Source of the DNA: Patescibacteria group bacterium
Lineage (GTDB): Bacteria > Patescibacteriota > Gracilibacteria > BD1-5 > UBA2023
Length of the DNA stretch: 41,058 nt
Direction of reading: 5' to 3'
Assembly (NCBI GenBank): GCA_036170735.1
Contig: JAVHPT010000030.1
Location: forward strand, 1-41,058
Part shown: positions 10,646-21,509 of the stretch, one piece after another
How positions within the stretch are numbered: position 1 is the first letter of the stretch
Layout: each line of letters opens with the position of its first letter
Position numbers and translations under genes: made by a program
The notes under the pieces: generated by a model
Database searches by the model: none
What the model was told of the DNA's origin: nothing
Seen by the model: only the letters and a program-made list of their open reading frames with translations

Positions 10646-13003
10646 ATGGCAAAACTCAACCCCGCACAACTTGAAGCCGTCCTGACTATAGACGGCCCTC
10701 TCCTCATCAATGCATGAGCCTGATCAGGAAAAACTCATACAATCACTGAACGTGTTGTCTACATGATACAAGAGAAACATATTGATCCTCGTTCTATTTT
10801 TTGTGTTACCTTCACGAATAAGGCAGCTCGCGAGATGCGAGAGAGAATTGCCCAGAAACTCTGAATCAATCCAGATTGAGTCAATCCATTCCGCAACCAC
10901 CGCCTTCCAATTATCGGAACATTCCACTCTACAGCAGCTTTCTTTCTTCGAATGTTTATTGATAAGCTCGGTTATGGGAAAGACTTTGTGATCTATGATA
11001 GTGACGATTGTCTTCGAGTTGTAAAGGAAATCATGAGAGAACAAAATGTGGATGAAAAAGAATTCAATCCTCGAGGAGTTCATGGGATGATATCGCAGAC
11101 AAAAGGGAAGGGAATGAATCCTTCGGAATTTGCTGTTACGGTTGACTCCTATTTCTGATCCGTTGTTCTTGAGGTATATAAGGAGTACTATATACGACTC
11201 AAGAAGAATAATGCTCTTGATTTTGATGATCTTCTTCTCCTTTTTCGACGAATCCTTGATTTTGATGATGTCCTCACTTATTTCCATGATCGCTTTCATT
11301 ACTTCATGGTGGATGAATATCAAGATACCAATGCACTCCAATATGAGACTATCCGTATCCTTGCAAGTAAGACGAAGAACCTCTGTGTTGTAGGTGACGA
11401 CTGGCAATGAATCTATTCATGGAGAGGTGCTGATATCAAGAATATTCTCTCATTTAAGAAGGATTATCCTAATGCAAAAGTTATCAATCTCGAGGAAAAC
11501 TATCGTTCTACACAGACAATTATCAACGCGGCAAATGAAGTGATAAAAAACAATACCAATCAAATGAAGAAAACTCTTTTTACATCAAATCCTGTTGGTG
11601 CAAAGATATGCATTATTGAATGAGTTGATGAGAAACATGAAGCCGATCTGATCGCAAACAAGATTAAGGATTCTATTTCCGATGATTCTCATAGTTTTGA
11701 TCCCGCCTTGGCGAGAGAAGAATCCAATCTGGATCCTTCAAAAATTCAAGATGACACAACAAAAATGTCCTATTCAAGTTTCTCTATTCTCTATAGGACG
11801 AATGGACAATCACGTCTTATAGAAGAAGCTCTTATTCGGAAAAATATTCCCTATCGGGTCTTCTGAGGAATGAAATTCTATGAACGAAAAGAGATAAAAG
11901 ATATTCTTGCATATATTCGCATCATATATAATCCAAGTGATATCGTGAGTCTCAAGCGAATTATCAATATCCCAAGTAGGAAGATCGGGGAACGAACACT
12001 CGAGGAACTCATGTCGGTCCTATGAGAAAACCATCTCACTATCTTTGACCTCGTAGAAAATTATCATTATCTCGACTCTCTCTCAACGGCAGGACAAAAG
12101 TGAGTGATACAATTCCTTACTCTCTATGGCGGCCTGAGAAATATCGCAAAAGAGAAAACAGTTCATGAACTTATGGGTGCACTCATCAATCGAGCAGGAT
12201 ACCAGGAATATCTAAAAGCAGAGTATACCGAGGATGAATATGAGTGAAAAGTGGAAAATATAGAAGAGTTTCAGAGTATGGCAACACGCTACGATGGCCT
12301 CCTCTACCCAGAAAATTTGGCACTATTTCTCGAAGATATTGCCCTAATCACAGATCAGGATCGAGACAATAGTGAACAATGATCAGCAAACGGATTTGTT
12401 TCACTTATGACAGTTCATCTTGCGAAATGACTCGAATTTTCTCACGTCTTCATTGCTGGAGCCGAGGAGTGACTCTTTCCTCATTCACGTTCCCTCCTTG
12501 AATCCTCGGCACTCGAGGAAGAGCGTCGTCTCATGTATGTTGCCATCACTCGAGCAAAGGAGATGCTCTATATCACTCGGGCTCATGAGCGATACACGTT
12601 CTGAAGCTATAGTGCCAACCCAAAGAGTCGATTCGTGAAAGAAATCCCTGAAGAATATCTCGAAGTAGACACCAATCGATGAAGTGCACAAAGCATATTT
12701 GGGACTGGAACCGGGGGTTTTTCTAGTTTTGGAAGTATTTTCGGTAACCCCCTTGAGAAAGGGGGGCATGGGGGATTGGGGTCCCAGAAAAACCAATCCT
12801 CAGTCTCGCAAGCTCGCCAGCTCCTTTCTCAAGGAGCTAAACGAAACAACGCCTCCGACTTTTCTATGTGAGACCGTGTCAAACATCCACAATATGGCGT
12901 CGGTACCATCGTAACGATAAAAGACGTAATCGCTGATATTGCATTTTCTGGCATGGGAATTAAGAAAATGAATATAGAGATAGCACCAATAGAGAAGGTA
13001 TAG
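10646..13003 (+). CDS. pcrA: UvrD/PcrA ATP-dependent DNA helicase
   Basis: LNPAQ, A(TGA)A(TGA)[67 protein letters not shown] and a C-terminal Tudor-like [12 protein letters not shown]. Confidence 0.96.
11689..11757. repeat. Degenerate RPE/REP-like palindromic element in frame within pcrA
   Basis: TCAT...GATCCCGCCTTGGCGAGA-GAAGAATCCA-ATC-TGGATCCTTC...GATGACA, coinciding with an extra ~25 aa before the YRTN motif. Confidence 0.55.
12748..12838. repeat. GC-rich palindromic element in frame in the pcrA C-terminal linker
   Basis: Nested inverted repeats CCTTGAGAAAGG (12751-62)/CCTTTCTCAAGG (12823-34) and GGATTGG (12773-79)/CCAATCC (12793-99). Confidence 0.7.
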
Positions 13004-13005
13004 CT

Positions 13006-14109
13006 TTATGTCTGCTCTTTTTCCTTGAGATCACTGAGGTACTCCCGCAGACGTACTGGATCTTTTATATGCTGCATGAGCGTTTGGTTGGATATGCGAT
13101 TCGTCTTATGGAGATCGATGAGTGCTTGTTGCATCATGATTTGTCCATCCTGTTTTCCTGTTTCCATAACAGAATAGAGGTGACTGATGTTTCCTTCCAT
13201 GATGATATTCCGTGATGAATCATTGTTAATAAATACTTCTCGAGCAACGAGATTACCTGAATTATCTTTCTTCGGAAGGATAATTTGACCAATAACAGCA
13301 GAGAGAACAAGCGCAAGCTGAATACGAATCTGTGATTGCATTGCAGCAGCAAAGGCATAGATAAGACGATCAAATGCTTGCACCACGTCATTGGTATGGA
13401 GTGTCGATATCACAAGATGCCCTGTTTCTGCGAGAGTGAGTACCGCAGAAATTGTCTCTTGGTCTCGCATCTCTCACACAACTATGATATCTGGATCTTC
13501 TCGCATTGCATCACGGATTGCCTGCTCAAAAGTCGCAACATCTCTTCCAACTTGTTTCTGATGGATGAGACTCTGATCATTTTTGATGATATATTCAACA
13601 GGATCTTCAATGGTAATGATATGCCGGTGTTGTGTCTTATTGAGGTAATCGATCATTGCCATCACCGTTGTCGTCTTTCAGCTTCCTGTACCTCATGTAA
13701 TAAGGATGAGTCCACGATCTCCGTTCAAAAGCTTCAAGATATTATCCGAAAGTCCAACCGATTCTGCCGTTGGTGTATTTTTTTTGATAGTTCGGAGTGC
13801 AACCGCCATTCACTCATTATTCTTTGATACATTCGCCCGAAAACGAGTTCATTGATGCTCATAGATGAAGTTGACTCCTGTTTCTATGGACTCAAGTTTC
13901 CCCTGATCGAGAAGGGGATTCATAAAGATGATAAGCTGAACCAGATCATCATATGAAAGTTGCCCAAATGTTTTAACAGGCTGGATATCTCGGTTTGCAA
14001 CACGAATATATGGATAATCCCCACTTCCGAGATGAACATCAGTAATAGTATTTTTGACAACTTCTTCAAGAAGTTTCATGAATTTTATTTCAAGTTCTGG
14101 ATTTGCCAT
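13006..14109 (-). CDS. pilT: PilT/PilU-family type IV pilus ATPase
   Basis: T(TGA)GTGS(TGA)KTTT Walker A, TIEDPVE, REDPDIIVVGEMRD and ETGHLVISTLHT. Confidence 0.9.
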
Positions 14110-14236
14110 TGAGTATATGAAACGGGTGTGATTACTCAGTCAATCCTATCATAACGAAAGAGAAAATGCAATAATCCTAGATATTTATGAGAGAAAATTT
14201 ACACTTTTTCCATGAAAATGCTATAATCACAACCAT

Positions 14237-15109
14237 ATGCAACTCCTTCCTCGTAATAAAATCCCGGATGATTACCACTATTATCGATCAGGATTCCCTT
14301 CATATAGGGACTATACAGCGTTCATTTTTCTATGACTCATCCAAGTTCCTGTAGCGGAAACTTGATTCTTCTGATGGATAAGTCGTTTCTTCTTTGGACT
14401 TTTCTCTGTGGCAAAGTTCCTCAAAACTCCATATCCTCCAACCAAAGAGCTCCTGGAAAGTTATGGTATGGAACATGGACTTGTCTTTTGGTCACCATGG
14501 TGAGAAACTCCAGAAGATATGAGGAGCTGGCACCGACTCCCAACCTATCTCAGTCGAAGATATCATCATGCCAATCGTTCAAGCTTCTCTGTCCTTGATA
14601 CTCCCGAGTACTCGAAAAAATGGTTATCAAACGCACGAAATCATCTGAAACAAATCCGAAAGAATATAGAAAGTTGAAAAATAGAAATCTGGGAAGTGGA
14701 TATAGAAACATGGATTTCTATCTACAGAAAGACAACTCTTCCTCATAAATATAAGAGGTATCATACAAGTGTTCTCCTACAAATATCAAAACTCCACGGG
14801 GAGAAGCTCCGTATTGTGCTAGCATTTCTCGATGGAGCTCCTCTTGCAGGAGCAGTATTTCTCGACGAGAAGCCAACGAGTGTCTACTTTGTTGCATTTC
14901 AGGACCAGTCCGCAAAACCATATCATCTTGGACTTGCGATCATCGACTGGTGGTTCGCTGATTCCATTGGGAAATGATACAAGTACCTTGACTTCGATCA
15001 CATGTGGGCACCATGAGATCCAGAATCCTATAAGGGATATACACAGTTCAAGTCTGAACTCGCGGATTATGAAGTGAAGTTTGATGAGGTTTGGTTCAAA
15101 ATCTTCTAA
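14237..15109 (+). CDS. Hypothetical protein with C-terminal GNAT/FemAB-like acyltransferase domain
   Basis: Continuous frame with TGA=Gly. Contains PLAGAVFLD..SVYFVAFQ..LAIIDWWFADS..KGYKYLDF..GYTQFK. Confidence 0.7.
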
Positions 15110-15390
15110 AACAGAGAACTATTAAGCAGGAGAATAATGATGAAGATCCACCACACCGCAATCACTGGAATCCAGAGCTTAAACTTCTGTTTTCCTGCCT
15201 TGTGAAATATTGGCCACATCATGCCAAGCCAAACACCAAAAACCCCTCCAGAAAGCGCTAATATCCAGAAAGTTTTTTCACTTATTCTCCACCACTTGTA
15301 GATAGACTTTAGTTTGTCGATCCACATGATGAAGTAAGTAAGAAAATTGATGATGGAGAGGTAGATGAACATTATAGGAAGACTAAGCAT
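15106..15390 (-). CDS. DUF1294-family membrane protein
   Basis: IN..T...MWIDK.KS....WRISEKT...LAL.GG..G.WLGM...FHK..K.KF signature. Confidence 0.85.
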   Translation of the reverse strand: MLSLPIMFIYLSIINFLTYFIMWIDKLKSIYKWWRISEKTFWILALSGGVFGVWLGMMWPIFHKAGKQKFKLWIPVIAVWWIFIIILLLNSSLF

Positions 15391-15423
15391 AAGAAAGGAT
15401 TATTTTTGTTTTGAAATGTATTT

Positions 15424-15879
15424 CTATGCACTATGTCTATGTCTCAATAAACTACTCTTCCACTTCTCTGTCTCGTGCCCGCAAATTCTCACAATCTCAA
15501 GGGAAGGGAACAGTTCATGGATCTTCTTAAGAGGAACTTTCTGATCATAACCAAAGGCAAGGAGATCAGGATGAAGTGTCCGAATGTGAGCAAAAATATC
15601 ATGCTTATCTCCAAGGATCACTTGTGCTGCAGGAAACGCCTTTTTCACTGACTTAAGACGCTCTTCTTCGTTATGAAGAGGATGTTTTCACTTCCCAGAA
15701 ATTACTCGGGTATCCCGAGCGATGATAATCGTCATCTCGTGTGCGAATTTTTGCGCTTCCGTCAGGTAAAATACGTGTCCCGGATGAAAAATATCAAATG
15801 TACCAAAACACATGACATGGTCAAATTGCTTTTCATGTAGGGAAGTATGAGAGTATGGACATATGTTTTCCTCTTCCAT
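15424..15879 (-). CDS. Cytidyltransferase-like adenylyltransferase (FAD synthase RibL-like)
   Basis: FGTFDIFHPGH, IIARD, EEERL, PDLLAFGYDQ and KSS. The start could instead be 15903. Confidence 0.85.
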
Positions 15880-15976
15880 ATGCGACGAATCGGTGAATGA
15901 CATAATACAGAAATAAGTCAATTACTGGCGGGGGCTGCTTATGTACGCGAAACGTACACAATTTTCAAAATTCTTT

Positions 15977-16025
15977 TGACAATATATGGTGGCATGAGTA
16001 CAAATAGTAGCACAATATCTTGTAT
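15977..16025 (+). promoter_or_regulatory. Tandem NrdR-like boxes upstream of nrdA
   Basis: TGACAATATATGGTGG (15977-92) and GCACAATATCTTGTAT (16010-25) resemble acaCwAtATaTwGtgt. They are 33 bp apart and the first overlaps TTGACA. Confidence 0.7.
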
Positions 16026-16141
16026 ATCTATGTGATACTTCGTTTCATCTTCCTGTTCAAGGATCGACCAATAATATATCAATATTTTTTAAGTATCCAA
16101 ATATAAATAGAATGGTCGATTTTTTTATTCTTCGGTGCTCA

Positions 16142-16236
16142 TCATTGCGAGGTACGAAGCAATCCAGGTACCAGAAACTCTGGATCGCCACGTTCCATTT
16201 CACTTCACTCGCCATTTCACTTCACTCGCGATGACA
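16142..16236. repeat. RPE/REP-like palindromic element in the nrdA leader
   Basis: TCATTGCGAG...CTCGCGATGAC termini, inner GCAATCCAG/CTGGATCGC stem and a 17-bp tandem duplication CCATTTCACTTCACTCG x2 (16195-16228). Confidence 0.75.
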
Positions 16237-16292
16237 AACCTAGATTTCTTTTCAAAATTTTTCACTTTTACTTTTTCACTTTTAATTGAAAT

Positions 16293-18923
16293 ATGTCCCT
16301 CGAAAAAATCCGCAAACGTAATGGTGATATTTCCGACTTTGATCGCACAAGGATCGAGGAAGCAATCGAGCTTGCCTCCAATGCTTCAGGTGAAACTGAA
16401 AAGTCATTTATCCCGGTTGTTACCGACTTCATCGTGAAGGATCTCGAACACGTGTACGGTGAGATCTTTATCAACCGTTTTCCGAGTGTGGAAGATGTTC
16501 AAGATGTAGTCGAGCGAAACCTCGTGAAGTTCAACAAATTCGAAGTTGCGAAGCAATATATCATCTACCGTGCTGAGCGACAAGGGGAACGCGAAGAGGA
16601 AAATAAGAAACGCATCAAGGAATTTGAGAAGAACAAGCTCCAAGTGACGAAGTGTGATAGACGCAAGGAGCTCTTTGATCCCACCAAGATCGAACGCCTC
16701 TTCAAGCATGTGTCAAAGGGATATGAAAAAGAGTGTACATTCGATATGCTCATGGAAGCATTCAAGAAAAATATCGTCGAAGATATTAAAACGGCAGACA
16801 TTACCAAGCTCCTTGTGAAGACATGTATCGATCTCGTAAGTGTGGAGAATATCCACTGGGAACATGTTGCTGGACGGATCGCACTTTTTGACCTCTACAA
16901 AAAAGCAGGGAAGAATCGCAATATCAAGCAAACAGAAATCTACACTCCTGAATCGTACCTCTCACTTTTCCAGACCTATATCGGGGAAAGCCTCTACTAC
17001 AAGGATTTCATGAAGTACTATAGCGAAGCAGATATCAAGAAGGCTGGGGAAGTACTCGCAAAAGTAGGAAAGTTGAATGATATAGGATATGGATATACTA
17101 CAGTTCTCTCACTCGGAAAACGCTACCTCCTCAATCCCAACAAGTTCATTCGTGAACTACCACAGGAACTCTACATGTCAGTAGCACTCTTCCTTGCTAT
17201 TCCCGAAAAAGATGCAGATCGCCTCAGTTTCGCACTCAAGATCTACGAACAGTGTTCCAGTCAGAAAATATCTCTCCCAACTCCGACACTCATCAACGCG
17301 CGCACCAACTGGCACCAGCTCACCAGTTGTTTCAAGCTCAATGTTGGTGATGATCTCCGCTCTATCTACCACGGTATCGAAGATATCGCCCAGATATCAA
17401 AATTCGGGGGAGGAGTGGGAGTCTATCTCGGACATATTCGCTCTCAGTGAGCTGCCATCCGTGGGATCAAGGGAGCAGCCTGAGGAGTTAATCCATGGAT
17501 TAAGGTAATTAATGATACTGCCGTTGCGGTAAACCAGCTCGGTGCTCGTCTCGGTGCGGTTTCCGTGACGCTCGATATCTGGCATCGTGATATCCACGAC
17601 TTCCTCGATCTCCAGACAGAAACAGGAGATATCCGAGGAAAGGCTTTTGATATATTTCCAGCTATCTCTGTCCCAGATATTTTCATGCGCCGTGTTGAGG
17701 CAGATGCGGAGTGGTCACTCTTTGACCCATATGAGATCAGTAAAAAATATGGACGAACGCTCGAAGATTCCTTCTGAGTAGAGTTCAACATTTTCTATGA
17801 ACAACTCGAAAAAGATGAAACCCTCGAGATGAAAAAAGTCATCAAAGCAAAGGACCTCTTCAAACAATTTCTCAAGGTGACCGTTGAGACTGGCATGCCA
17901 TACGTCTTCTATCGTGATACCGTCAATGCTATGAATCCGAACAAGCACGCAGGAAATGTCTATTCATCGCAGCTCTGTACTGAGATCTGTCAGAATAGTT
18001 CTCCAGCGAAGTTCATCGAAGAGGCTATCGAAGGTGGCAATATCGTCCTCCGCTACGAGCCAGGAGACACCGTCACTTGTAATCTCGCCTCTATCAATAT
18101 AGCGAAGGTAAACGATGAAAAGACGATTGCCGAATCCATGGATATCATCTGTCGTCTCCTCGATAATGTCATTACGATCACCAAGTTTCCTATCAAGGCA
18201 GCTGAACTCACGGCAATGAAGTACCGCTCCATCGGTATCGGATACCTCGGTCTCGCTGAGTATCTCGCGACTCGCTCTATGGTGTACGACTCTCCAGAGG
18301 CTCGCGAAAAAGTCGATGAAATCTTCGAGCTCTATACCTACTACACATACCGCGCTTCTGTCAAACTCGCTGAGGAACGTGGACACTATCCACTCTTCCC
18401 AGGGAGCGAACACTCGAAGGGAATCGTCCTCGGACGTGATGCAGCAACGCTCACAGCTGAGACACACCACCAACACCTCGACTGGACAGCACTCCTCGAA
18501 GAGATGAAAAAGACAGGAACCAGATTCGGTTACCACTCAGCTCCAGCACCAAATACCTCAACCGCAGGTATTGTCGGAACGACCGCCGCTCTCCTCCCAA
18601 TCTACAAAAAATACTTCGTTGAGACCAACCTCTCATCTCCAACTATCCGCATCGCACCGAAGCTCAATGCTGAGAACTTCTGGTTCTACAAGGAGTATGT
18701 TACTATGGATATGAACGATGTCATCGACATGATCGCGACTATCTACCGTTGGATCGACCAGTCTATCTCATTCGAGTGGATGATCGACCCAGCAAAGGTC
18801 TCTCCAGCACAGCTCTACGGCTACTACATGAAGAGCTGGAAGCAAGGAGTGAAGACCGTGTACTACGTCCGTTCACTCTCAAGTGAAGTCAGTGGGGAAA
18901 ATTGTGTGAGTTGTTCAGGATAA
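16293..18923 (+). CDS. nrdA: Class I ribonucleoside-diphosphate reductase alpha subunit with N-terminal ATP-cone(s)
   Basis: IRKRNG ATP-cone, SLPTPTL.NAR, QLTSCF, SKFGGGVG, ETGMPY, QLCTEI, TCNLAS, APNTST, IDQSIS, KTVYYVRS and C-terminal CVSC. Three TGA codons read as Gly. Confidence 0.97.
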
Positions 18924-18932
18924 AGTATTATT

Positions 18933-18970
18933 AAGGATTCTAGAATAGCTTTCTGGAATCCTTTTTATTT
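18933..18970 (+). terminator. Intrinsic terminator after nrdA
   Basis: AAGGATTCTAGAA-TAGCT-TTCTGGAATCCTT followed by a T-tract. Confidence 0.8.
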
Positions 18971-19035
18971 AAAATCACTGTAAAGTTGTCTTTTTTATTA
19001 CTTTATAGTAAAGTTCTTATCTAAGATCACTTATT

Positions 19036-19473
19036 ATGAAAAACATAAAATATTTCTTTATCAGTATTTGAGTCTCGTTATTCCTCATTCCAAGTGTTTT
19101 TGCAGGGTGCGATGGATGGTTTACTTTCAGTAGCAATTGCGATACTCAGCTTCCATATTGTAGCTGAAGTGGGTGTTGACTCTGGCAATGATTCCTTGCT
19201 TCCATAAGAGCCGTATGAGATAACCTATCCCATGAGCCCATTTCTCAGTTGGCACAAGATATGGTCTCATATTTCCTCTCATTTGTGAGCCTGGTCGCCG
19301 TTATATATATCATCTATGCTGGTTTTCAGCTGATGATTAGCGCTGGAGATGAAGAAAAAATGAAAAAAACAAAAAATATTATCCTCTACGTTGTTGCTGG
19401 TATACTTATTATGTGGCTCTCATATGGTATCGTAAAGTGGATCATTGATCTTGTAGGAGTCGGCAGTAAATAA
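19036..19473 (+). CDS. CPR pilin-like protein (TrbC/VirB2-like)
   Basis: Signal ending SVFA, a Cys-containing segment, then AVIYIIYAGFQLMISAGDEEKMKKTK.II...V.G..I...SY.IV. Confidence 0.8.
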
Positions 19474-19503
19474 AGTAAAATGGTTAATTCATCTTTCGTA
19501 TTT

Positions 19504-19534
19504 CCTACTCTTCACTCGGGTAGGTTTTTATTTT
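19504..19534 (+). terminator. Intrinsic terminator
   Basis: CCTACTC-TTCACTC-GGGTAGG followed by TTTTTATTTT. Confidence 0.6.
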
Positions 19535-19596
19535 GTGTGTATTATTTTCCAGATATCTTTACAATACGGCAAACTTCCACTCACAAAACCAACTCA

Positions 19597-20547
19597 ATGC
19601 ACACCCAATTTTCCGTATATATTCCACCACAATCTATGCGGAGAATCGATCTCTATATAGAGCATATTTTCCTGGATCTTTCACGGTCGTATATTAACAA
19701 GCTTGTTGAAGCTGGACATATCCGGGTGAATGGGCAGATCCTCGGAGACAATCGGCGAGTGAGAGTGTGAGATGTGGTTGATATAGAGTTCGAGACGGAG
19801 AAATATTATCTGGATGGTGAGGATATACCCCTGGAGATTATCTTTGATAATCCGGATTTTGCGATCATCAGCAAGGATGCTGGGATGAATACACATACAT
19901 TTCCCTGAGAATATGGTAAGACGGGAACGCTCCTTAACGCGCTCCTCTATCACTTTGGGGATCAATCGGTTATCAACGGTGTCGAGCGTCCTGGGATCGT
20001 CCATCGTCTCGACAAGGACACGAGTGGACTCATCATCATCGCCAAGAATGATCGATCTATGAAGGAACTCCAGAAGAAGATAGCCGATAAGGCAATTCGG
20101 AAATTCTACTATGCCGTCGTCGCAGGGATCGTTACAGAGAAGGAAGAATTGATTGAGTCATATATCGGACGGAATCCGACTGATTACAAGCGAATGACAA
20201 CCAAAAATCCCGTCGATCCCAAGTTCGCTCGGACTCAGTTCACACTCCTTACACATATTGATAACCAGTATTCTCTCCTCGAAATCGAACTCTTTACGGG
20301 ACGGACTCATCAGATCCGTGTCCATATGGCTGATATAGGTCATCCGATCATTGGCGACAAAGTATATGGAGATCAATCCGTGAACAGGGAAGTCGCCGAG
20401 AAGTATTGACTCGACCGACAATGGCTCCATGCGAGACGGCTCATATTCAACCTTTTCTCTGTAGAGTATGACTTCGTTGCACCGCTTAAGGAGGATATTG
20501 CCAGCATGCTTGAGACGAATGGGATAAATATGGATGAGATTCTCTAA
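19597..20547 (+). CDS. rluD: RluA-family pseudouridine synthase with S4 domain (RluD-like)
   Basis: RIDLYI..SRS.I.KL S4 domain, RPGIVHRLDKDTSG, TGRTHQIRVH and IIGDKVYG. Confidence 0.92.
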
Positions 20548-20709
20548 TCTCCCTGAGCAAAGATAAGTTTGACAAACATATATTTTATATATTATATATC
20601 GACCCACACGAACAAAATTATTTAGAAAAATATGGAAGAAACCATTTATTATAACCATTAATATGAGACCCCTACCTGTTTACATTCCTCAGGTTTCTCT
20701 ATTCACTTT

Positions 20710-20961
20710 ATGGAAGAGAGATTTAGAAGAACTATCCAAATCCTCTGTACAAACTGAGTTTACGATGAGGATGACTTTTCTCTTCGGATTAAGCTTGGAC
20801 CTTTTCCATCACCAATATTTGGCATTATCTGTTTCACTTGAGGACGTATCATAGAGCTCCATATCCTTAATCTTCCCCAGGCGATCAACAATACTATGAA
20901 AGGACTCTGTCCTATTCCATCTGCAAGTATAGTGGATACCAACTCTCCATATACTATGTAA
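20710..20961 (+). CDS. Small hypothetical protein
   Basis: MEERFRRTIQILCTNGVYDEDDF...PYTM* with TGA=Gly, flanked by a promoter-like motif at 20569 and a terminator at 20984. Confidence 0.4.
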
Positions 20962-20983
20962 CTTTCTCCAAGTTTTCGTGAAT

Positions 20984-21015
20984 AACTCACCACCTCTCGG
21001 GTGAGTTTTTGTTTT
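20984..21015 (+). terminator. Intrinsic terminator
   Basis: AACTCACC-ACCTCTCG-GGTGAGTT followed by TTTGTTTT. Confidence 0.65.
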
Positions 21016-21081
21016 CCCATTGATTTTCCATATTTTAACGATAAAATCTCATCAGAGAATTTTACTCATTATAGGAATCTC

Positions 21082-21480
21082 ATGCCAACATTTTTCAACC
21101 TCAACCCCCATCGTAAGCTCCAGATAATTATCGTTATCTTTCTTATGAGTTGGCTCGTTGGAACATTTTTCATCCATTGGTTTGAAGCTGCACAGAGTTG
21201 GTCATACTTCGATGCGTTCTACTATACAGTGATGATAACTGCAACCATCGGGGCAGGTCATCTTGAGGCACTGTCTATGGCAGGGAAGATTCTCACAATG
21301 GCGTATGCGATCTTCTATGTCCCTCTTTTTCTCTACTCGATGACGCTGATATTTGAAGGAAGACTCAAACATATCCACAAGGAAGAGAAGCTTTTTGATA
21401 AAACTCTTCATGATGTCGAGGAGGATGTGGAGCGAATCATATATGATTCTTCGAAACACACCTTCAAAAAAGAGAAATAA
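21082..21480 (+). CDS. Small two-TM potassium-channel-family protein (Ion_trans_2)
   Basis: GTFFIHWFE..WSYFDAFYYTVMITATIGAG..GKILTM.Y, plus a C-terminal coiled tail. Confidence 0.85.
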   Translation: MPTFFNLNPHRKLQIIIVIFLMSWLVGTFFIHWFEAAQSWSYFDAFYYTVMITATIGAGHLEALSMAGKILTMAYAIFYVPLFLYSMTLIFEGRLKHIHKEEKLFDKTLHDVEEDVERIIYDSSKHTFKKEK

Positions 21481-21509
21481 TATTGTATAACTGTTCTATA
21501 CTAGAAAAC

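Noticed and set aside
16195-16228. Direct repeat as a possible CRISPR remnant
   Set aside because: Only two adjacent 17-bp copies, with no spacer and no cas genes.
16135-16437. 100-aa ORF at 16135 and 111-aa ORF at 39389
   Set aside because: Both are translations of palindromic elements running out of frame into the next real gene.
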